Positions 55,025-64,000 of a stretch of 64,000 nucleotides of DNA are shown in pieces. Under the pieces are notes generated by a model. The model was not told the DNA's origin, searched no databases, and saw nothing but the letters and a program-made list of their open reading frames with translations. The first letter of the stretch is position 1; every line of letters starts with the position of its first letter. A program made the translations under genes and the position numbers. The stretch comes from Antedon mediterranea (taxonomy: Eukaryota > Animalia > Echinodermata), in assembly GCF_964355755.1 (NCBI RefSeq), contig NC_092670.1, positions 20,570,795-20,634,794 on the forward strand, given 5' to 3'.

Positions 55025-55112
55025 GTTGTGTGATTATAGTTGAATTCTTAGCTAGCGATGTTTGAGATCGACTTGCTTCGTGGCAAAAGAGACCGACAAA
55101 ATTGAGCATGCG

Positions 55113-55122
55113 TATTTATATA
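55113..55122 (-). promoter_or_regulatory. TATA box of P4HB
   Basis: TATATAAATA on the minus strand, ~90 bp upstream of the ATG. Confidence 0.65.
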
Positions 55123-55165
55123 GCGCCCTCAGACCACTTCGGAAATGAGATTTTCTGATAGTGTA

Positions 55166-55184
55166 TGTGGTGTTTTCTGATTGG
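55166..55184 (-). promoter_or_regulatory. ER stress response element (ERSE-I)
   Basis: CCAAT-cagaaaaca-CCACA = CCAAT-N9-CCAC(G/A), ~45 bp upstream of the TATA box of PDI. Confidence 0.7.
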
Positions 55185-55885
55185 TTAAAATCCTTTAAGT
55201 TCCTTTTATCTCCATATATTTTATAAGTCATCACAGATAATATGTGTCAAACATTCATTATCGCTAGGTACACGTGGTATTCATCTTAATACTAATAAAT
55301 AAATAAATAAATATTGCTTTAGTACATTGACGATCACTAATTGATTAAATATGTACATTTATCTACAATGCAAATAAAATTTAAATTGTAATATGTTATA
55401 CGTATATGTACTTAAGTACTTACTTTTTGTTTGCCGAATTGTATTAATTAAACATTGTCGAATACTTATTCATTTATTATCATTAAGAGAGTTTATTCGT
55501 ATTATTTATTTCTAATTCAGTTTCGTTTAGTTAGAATATGGAGATTCAAGATTCAAGAAATTGTATTGGTCCACTTAAAATGGAAATTTGTTTTGCTTGG
55601 CATAATTACGACAATAAAACTACAAGGAAAAATACATCATATTGCAAACAAGTTGTACTGTTAATAGGCGGCCAATGTTAAAATACTGTTAAAAAACTGT
55701 TTAAAACGCATATTGCAAAAACGCCATAGGCCAATGGAAAATGATTAAAAATTCAAAAGAAAAATTACAATATAAATAAATGATTATCGTCGAACGTTTG
55801 AATTATACATAATGAATGCTAGGTCCGTACATTAACAAAGGTAAAAGGACTTCCTATTTTTATTTTAAATTAGTTAAAGATGGGG

Positions 55886-55926
55886 CATGGATATAAAAAA
55901 TAAAAACATTATTTTTTACCTCCATG
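55886..55926. mobile_element. 41-bp CATGG...CCATG mini element
   Basis: catggatataaaaaataa..ttattttttacctccatg; flanks GATGGGG (55879-55885) and TATGGGG (57106-57112, beyond the LINE). Confidence 0.55.
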
Positions 55927-55928
55927 TA

Positions 55929-57102
55929 GTCATAGTCATAGTCATATAGTCATATATACTTTATTGTCCATTTAAAAAACAGAAATGTGATTTGAAAACT
56001 GGCAAAATACAAAAATATAAAATACAATTTACAAAAACACACACAAAAAGTTAAGAGGCTAAAAATTGTTAAAATTAGATAAAAATTATCGGTTAAATTT
56101 TACCTTTGTACTCTGGAGTTATATAAGTGTATAGCATTAGGTACAAACGAGCACATAAACCGTTTTGTTTTGGTATTAAGTGCACGTAGTCTTATGCCAG
56201 AATTCATGAGAGCAAATTGTTTGTGAAGAGGATGTGTTTCATCATCAATGATACTTTTTACTTTTTTTAACACATTTTCTTTATAAAAGGATTCAACATC
56301 AGGTAAGTGCTCTCCTACTAGTCTAATTGCTCTATTTCCTATTCGATTAAGTTTAATTTTATCTTTTTGCATTATTGTATTACCATAAAAACAAACATTA
56401 CAAAAAAGTATTACACTGAGAATTACAGAGTTATAAAACAATTTAAGTATAGTTTTGTCAATTTGTAGGTACTTCATTTTTCTTAAAATAAACATCCTTT
56501 GGTTGGCTTTGCATGTGGCTTTATTTACATTATTTATCCAATTTAGCTTATTGTCAATTATACAACCCAGATATTTGTACTCATTTACTACTTCAATCTC
56601 ATTTTCATTTATAATCAGAGGTTCTAAGGGTTCTTTAATTTTCCTAAAATCAATTTGCATTTCTTTTGTTTTCTTTATGTTTAGTTTCAGGTTGTTATTG
56701 CAGCACCAGTGATAAAAATCACATCCTAGTTGTCTATAGCTTGTTTCATCATTGCCAGTAATGTATCCAGTGATGACTGTGTCATCTGCATATTTTACTA
56801 TACAACATTCATTTGAATTGGCTCTGAAACTGCTGGTGAACAGTGAAAACAACATTGGGGAGATAACAGACCCTTGTGGCGTGCCAATGCTAACAGTTCT
56901 TTTATCAGATAAAATACCATTTAGTTTAACATACTGGAACCTTTTTGTTAAGAAATTATATATCCATGAAGTCAATGTGTCGTTTACGTTCATTTCTTTA
57001 AGTTTGCGTACTAATGAACCAGGTTCAACGGTATTAAAAGCACTAGAAAAATCTATATACAAACATCTTACATATGATTTAGGCACATCTAAATGTTGGT
57101 AA
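55929..57102 (-). mobile_element. 5'-truncated non-LTR retrotransposon (Rex1/Babar-like LINE)
   Basis: RT ORF, 3'UTR with AATAAA, (TATGAC)n tail; ATGTA at 55924-55928 and 57103-57107 as probable TSD. Confidence 0.9.
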
Positions 57103-57105
57103 ATG
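56100..57105 (-). CDS. Reverse transcriptase C-terminal fragment of the LINE (no native start)
   Basis: Uninterrupted ~335 codons: IDFSSAFNT, GTPQGSVISP, KYADD, LNIKKTKEM, YKYLG, HPLH, RFMCSFVPNAIHLYN*. Confidence 0.85.
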
Positions 57106-57897
57106 TATGGGGTATGTAAAAGCGTAGATAACGCCAAGGACGTGTGGAGTAGTAGTGACATGGATTAAACAACGCCACTGCCTAGTCTACACGCAAAGGC
57201 CCAGGGACTACGCAAAGCGTAATTACCCAGCTTTACAGCGTAATACAACGTGTGAATTTATATAAGTTCGTACCGTTTTGGTGAAGTTTGTGTGTAAACT
57301 TTTGTCACGCCTCACTTAGCACCATTGTTTTGATTGGCTGACATGGAATGACCTTTCATAGTTTCAGAAGCAGCAGAGCATGTCGAAAAAAAAATGAAAG
57401 AATAACGTGTGACACACACCGGCTTCGTCGATCGCGCGCGAAGGCCTAACCTACCTAGGTAGGCCCTAAAAATATTATATCGACCTGGTTGATCATTTTA
57501 CTTACAATTATGTTAAATAAAGAATTATATAGGCTAGAGCTAGGCTTTATTTGGATCACATCGATGTTTAGTTTTAGGTACTCTATAGGTCTACACGGTG
57601 TGCTAGAGAGTAGCTAGTAGTAGTAGGCCTACTCAACAATGACTCATGCCTGCTTTTTATTTAGTCTGTACTTTCGCACCATCGGCCGGGCATAACAGGC
57701 CTAGGCCGTAGTCATAATCTCTCTAGCTAGGCTAGGCCCTACTACCTGTTTGTAGTTTAACAATACAGTCATTTTCTTTCCACTTTTAAAGAAAAGGTTA
57801 AAACGTCAACAAGCAAAGATGAGACTAGCCCCACTACTACCAGCACAGAAAATATGTGCAGATAAGCTCAATTACAACACGTGTGTGTAAAGCTGGT

Positions 57898-59391
57898 ATG
57901 AAAGCGCCAGCTTCATGTTACACAACAGCCTTAAAAACTCTTCGTAAACTGCACATATATTTTTGGAGATCGATCATCGGCATGAACCAGGCAGCCACCA
58001 TCGATAATCTAAATATTCTATACAAAAGTGACAACTATATTGTTGTTAACAAACACTATGATATCAAAATTAACAGCAACGATGATGAAGATAGAGTTAC
58101 AGTAGCCAAACAACTAGGCAAGATGTATCCAGATCTAGTTGACACGTCTATTGAGCATCAGTTTAGGTAAAAACAGTTTGAAAATAATATGCTGCAGTAT
58201 ATCTTGCTATACCTTATTGCCATTCAGTGCATATATGTATACAGTGTATACTCTTTCTTCACTAACAATAACATTAACAAACGAATATAAGATTCACCCT
58301 CTCAAAAGCACTTAATGAATTATATTTTCTGAATTGTGTATTTTGTATTAACTTTAGGTTTGTTCATCGGCTTGACTATTCAACAAGTGGCGCTGTTGCT
58401 GTTGCACTAAATCGTAAAGCTGCTGGTGATGCCATGTCAAAGTTCAAAAAGCATCTGGTAACTAAGGAGTATGTAGCATTGGTATGTTTATCATTACCTT
58501 GACAACATCAGCATCTATCTAGCAAGTTAAATGTTTTCTTCAATATTTTATGTTAATTTTACAGGTCAGAGGTCATGTTAAAGTTGATCACATGACAATT
58601 ACGAAAGCAATATGCCCAGAAACAAAAGAAGGATTTACTCACATGATGAGAATTGCTGATGATGATGATGTTAAAAAAGGAGGATGCAAAGTTCAAACAG
58701 CAAAGACGGAATTACTCGTCCTTCAGCGCGGATTGTACGGTGGTGATCCAGTTACCAAGATAAAGCTAGTGCCTTTTACTGGCAAGTTAGAGTTTTGTAA
58801 TATAGTAAACTAATCCTCTGTTTTGTGTTATATTATACTACAGTAGAACCCATATTAAGGTTACACCTTCGTGACCCATCAAAGTGGTTCACCCCTTAAA
58901 TGGTGGGTTGTAGTGTTAAAACCTACATTGCCCCCCCCCCCTCCTTTATGAAAAGTGTCCCATATACAGTATAGAAGTGTCCCACAGTAGTAGTTGTACT
59001 GTATTCTTATGTATATATTTTTTGGGCCTCCATCCATCTCAGGTTGGTGATATGCTTTTGTACTCCATGCATATAATGTTTAGTAGAACATTTACATTGT
59101 TATATACGTACCAGTATGACATTAGAACCAGTTCTCAGCATTAACATTGTGGTTTTGTATGTTTCAGGTAGAAGACATCAACTGCGTGTTCACTGTAACA
59201 GTGTAGGTCACACCATACTTGGTGATTACACGTACAGTAATCGCACAGATTTTAAACCATATCGGATGATGTTACATTCGCATAAACTTGTAATCCCATT
59301 GGACAATGAGAATATTGACATTGATGCGTCTGATCCATTCGTTAAGGAGGTCGATAAAAAGTGGTTACCTCAAGTACAGCCTTTACTTTAA
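57898..59391 (+). CDS. RPUSD1: RNA pseudouridylate synthase domain-containing protein 1 (RluA family), 4 coding exons
   Basis: Exons 57898 (or 57982)-58166, 58358-58481, 58565-58781, 59168-59391; IVVNKHYD, FRFVHRLDYSTSG with catalytic Asp, TGRRHQLRVHC, GDYTY, RMMLHS; start codon ambiguous; intron 3 is GC-AG. Confidence 0.92.
58841..59001. mobile_element. Degenerate Tc1/mariner-pogo-type MITE (CAGTA...TACTG, TA flanks)
   Basis: TA|cagtagaaccc...gttgtactg|TA; related ends at ~44435 and ~49926. Confidence 0.55.
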
Positions 59392-60532
59392 TTAAGGACC
59401 ATTTTTAGGTCCAAGGACCAATTTTGTGTGATAAATGTTGGTGTAGACAACAATTTGTTTTATGTGATTGTGGATACTAGTAAATTGTACATTGTTGATG
59501 ACCTACTTTCATGTGAACAAGACCTAAGATAAGGCAAGTTGTATGTGATTGGATACTTGTTGATGACCTATTATGTAATCCATACAGTAATGACTGATCC
59601 AGCTTTATGTAGACTTTATATTTTTGTTTTATACCATATTTCTATTATTAATACTGTAGAATTGTTATGGCAATATAGTATTAATATGGCAATAAATATA
59701 GTACACATAAATTGTATAGTCTTGGTGATTTTGTTTATTTAAAGTTCAGCTTTTATACTTAATATTATGTATCACCTGTATTTATATTTTTGTATTCATT
59801 TTTATAGAAAAAAGTCATTTTATAAAGAGTATTATTATTACACTTTATTATACAGTATTTAATTTTTAAATCAATATACTGCCCTCTATTTTTGAGTATC
59901 ATAATACAGTACTGTTTTACAAAAAAGTGCATGTGTCTTTTTTTTAGCCAGCTTATTTACATATCAAACCAGAGGTACTGTACCTAATTTAGTTAATGGA
60001 AGTTGTGCTTATTTGTTAAAATAATTTCTAAACGTTGGTTGATGATATACTTTAAATTCAACCTCAATTTTATAATATTGTTACAACATCCACATCATGA
60101 TGGTCATTTTTACTAACTATAGCAAGCAATTGAGAAAATAGAAAAGACATTTTTAAATAATTAAAATAGTATATACAATGAAAAATGAGCTGTGGTATAA
60201 CTAAATGAGTTGAACATTTTATGCGTCAATAATTTGAAGCATTAAATAGAGGAAAATAATAACTAATTTTGACTCTGACGGATTCTAAAAATAGAAAACT
60301 ATAGGGGTCGCCTTATAAAAGCACTTTTTGTAGCGATTGGTTATTTCAGTTTGTTTCGGAATTGCTCAACTGTACTTCCGTGTGTGTTCTGCATGAACGA
60401 CAGTCCCCACACCCATGTTGTCGCGCCTATCACACAGCACAGGGCCTAGTAAACTTAGTAAACGTCTAATAAATCGTCATTAAGCAACATTATTGATAAA
60501 TTGAAGCATAGTGTTGATTTAAGTGATTAATA

Positions 60533-61216
<684 letters not shown>

Positions 61217-62000
61217 TAAGTATTAAAATATAAAAAAAAAAAGCAAAAGGCAACAAAAAAAAGACATTTTCTTTGCATTTTGTTTATCTGAATATTTTTC
61301 TATCTTTGTGGCCACAATTGACTAACCTTTTGACAAACTAATTTCTAATTCACTATCTATGCCTGTTTTTAATTATATAAATTATAAGGTACTAATAATG
61401 AATATAAAATATCTAATTTAAGTTCCGTTATTGTATATATTTAACATTCTCTTGACAATCTGAAAACAATCATTGTCATTAAATTTTGTAGTTATGACGT
61501 ACTAAAAAGGGTTTCTCTTTTCCTAAATGAGTTGCATTTATTATATAGTTAGTAAATCTCGTATCCCTTACTTGGGATTTACCAATAGCATTTTGGGGCT
61601 TTTGCCACTTAATAATATTTAATAATGTTGTGTATATATATTGTACATTTGAATGCACACTATTTAGAGAATATCCTTAACTCTTAAATCAGTATTTTTC
61701 CTTAAAATAATTTAGTCCTGTATTCATACCAAAATTGAATTAATAACCATGACCTGTGGTTAAAGATTTTTACATTCACTGGTAGGGTACTGTATTGCCT
61801 TTGGCACATGCTATACTGTATACAAGTTTACAGTGTTTAGGTCAAGAAAAATAAATACAGTAATGTATAATGCTACTGTGTGTATACAGTCTGTTGTTTG
61901 TGACGGATTAACATTCTAATAAAATTCCCTACAAGTTAAGAACACAAGTGGCATAAAAACAACCCTCTTATACTTCAATGTTTTGTACAGTGACTGATAG

Positions 62001-62490
62001 TAGGGAGGTTTCGCAACCTTACGAATACGAAAACGGATACGTCATACATTTGTGAAACTTTTGAGCTGGTCCCCATTTCATATTTGTAAAGCGTATTCGT
62101 GTTGACGAATATCACCAGTCATATTCGTAACTACAAAACGAGTATAGTTTTTGATCTATTTTGCACATTTTGCATTTGAATCAGGAATGATTCATGATTA
62201 TAATATAATTATAGATTTATTGGAAGTAATTTACTAAAGTAATTTACTAAAATGCCAAGTCAATTTTGATAAATAGCAGTTTATAAAGTCCTCACTCGCT
62301 TTGATGTTACGCTAGGCCTAGGCAGCCAAGCACCAAGCAACACGTACGTACCTGCGCTTCGCTCAAATTTACCGCAGTCATATTTTGGACGCGCCTCAAT
62401 ATTTCGTTGCCATGCGAAACAGATTTTTTTATGGCTTACGAAAACGAATACGTGTGCGTGACGTATCCGTAAGATTGCGAAACCTCTCTA
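62001..62490. mobile_element. MITE in Rac intron 2
   Basis: TIR tagggaggtttcgcaaccttacgaatacg / cgtatccgtaagattgcgaaacctctcta; TSD unclear. Confidence 0.8.
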
Positions 62491-62780
62491 ATAATACATT
62501 ACAACCATAATTGCGTTTTGTTTATTATTTTACATACTGTATATACAGTACAAATATAAAGTCACAAATTCTGTCTGTGTTAAAAAAAATTACAGGAAAA
62601 TTTCGTAAAATGTCAATCTGTTTCTAAATGACTTCCTTATGTTAAGGAGATGTATGTCATTAGGTTGAAAGTTGAGAAATATAAAATTGTGTCGAACAAT
62701 TGAAAAACATATTGTATCGTATTGAATTGTCATAAAAATAAAAAAAAAAACACATTTGTTATGATATTAAACCGAAGGAG

Positions 62781-62870
62781 CTTAAAACAGGGATAAAGTG
62801 GGTTAAAACAGAGGATAAAGTGCGTTAAAACAGAGGATAAAGTAGGTTAAAGCAGACTGAGGATAAAGTA
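62781..62870. repeat. ~21-bp tandem repeat, about 4 copies
   Basis: ttaaaacagaggataaagtg units. Confidence 0.8.
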
Positions 62871-64000
62871 ATACTGTAAAAACGCAACAATTGTGTTACA
62901 TCAGCAATAAACATAGTGTCAACTGTAAATCGTAAACATTAATTTTGATATACAGTACAGTCTAATCTATTCAAATACTGATAAAAGTAATATTTCGCAG
63001 CCTTGTAAGCCCAGATAGAATCTCAATTTTGTAGACATACCACCGTAAACATTGCAATTTGTTATTTCACTATAAAATACTGTACAGGTATGTCAAAAAG
63101 ATGTTTATATAGTCGTGTATTTATACAACATGATCTTTAGATTATTTTTCTAAACTTCTATCTCTACAACTGTCTATTGCAATAAATCTCTATACTGTAT
63201 GTCGTCATTATTACATTCCATTAAGCAATAAATAATGTAAAATTGTAATAACTGTAATTAAAACTGAAGAGAAATACATACTTGGTCTTGTTTTGAGATG
63301 TGATAATTTATTAGTTTTTATTTTTAGTGTCAAATACAAACTCTAAATTCGTCACTAATGGCTTGCAAAATTCCCTTCCTTTTTAGTCTCGCATCATTAA
63401 AGCTTGTAAGTTTTACTTTATTAGTAATGCAATAAAAACTGAGTGACTTTTATTTAGGTTTATTTACAGTATATTGTATTTAAGTTCAGGAGCGGATTGC
63501 TAAAACACCCATAACTGTAAAGGCTCCAGCTTTTTATCAGATAGACGGTCTTACTAAAGACACCCCTTCCTCACGCTTGCTAAATTCACAATCATAACAG
63601 ATTGTACATTTCCACACAAGAAAATCTATTCTACAGTAGGCCTATAAGAATAATATCATCATTATTATTTGATTTAACACTAAAACATGTTTAATTTGTT
63701 GTCTTGCACCATAATACTTATAAGCAACAAAATGAGAGGTTTCAGACCGGTTTAAGACTCCTTCGAGTAGGCTTTAATTTCAAAGGTTAGACCGCAGTAT
63801 AGCAATGGCCTTCATACAAATTATAGAGCGGTAAGACCATCTATAGACCGCTTATAGTAATTTGCCCCAGGCCTGAAGTGTCAATAATTTACTGAGCTGT
63901 GCTAAAAAAATACAACAAATAAATCTTGTACTGTACAAGAGAGAACATTTATAGGAATGAATTTTTTATTATTAATTATCCTTTTTCATTGTTCAACAAA

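Noticed and set aside
57106-57161. N-terminal extension of the RT ORF
   Set aside because: Flanking host DNA beyond the 5' truncation point; not RT-like

Overview
AT-rich eukaryotic (invertebrate animal) genomic DNA with spliceosomal introns; most short entries in the ORF track are noise or exon fragments. I reconstructed six genes by hand from splice sites and translation: the last coding exon plus a 3'UTR exon of NDUFAB1 (+), complete ECHS1 (-, 7 exons, 297 aa), complete WDR45B/WIPI3 (+, 10 exons, 344 aa) head-to-head with ECHS1, complete P4HB/PDI (-, 10 exons, 505 aa, KDEL), RPUSD1 (+, with a GC-AG intron), and the first two exons of a Rac GTPase (+). Non-coding DNA is dense in non-autonomous DNA transposons, minisatellites and one young 5'-truncated Rex1/Babar-like LINE. 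Most notable: (1) strong excess of TAGGCCTA, clustered near gene 5' ends and caught as a clean 6-nt insertion at a TA in one unit of a tandem array, consistent with transposon excision footprints; (2) tiny 23-41 bp CATGG...CCATG palindromes with 7-bp target duplications; (3) a head-to-tail dimer of a 1.52-kb TIR element with one outer TSD and a 1-nt junction; (4) a canonical ER-stress element upstream of P4HB; (5) gene content matching the human 16p/17q25/7p22 paralogon. All coordinates and counts were done by eye.
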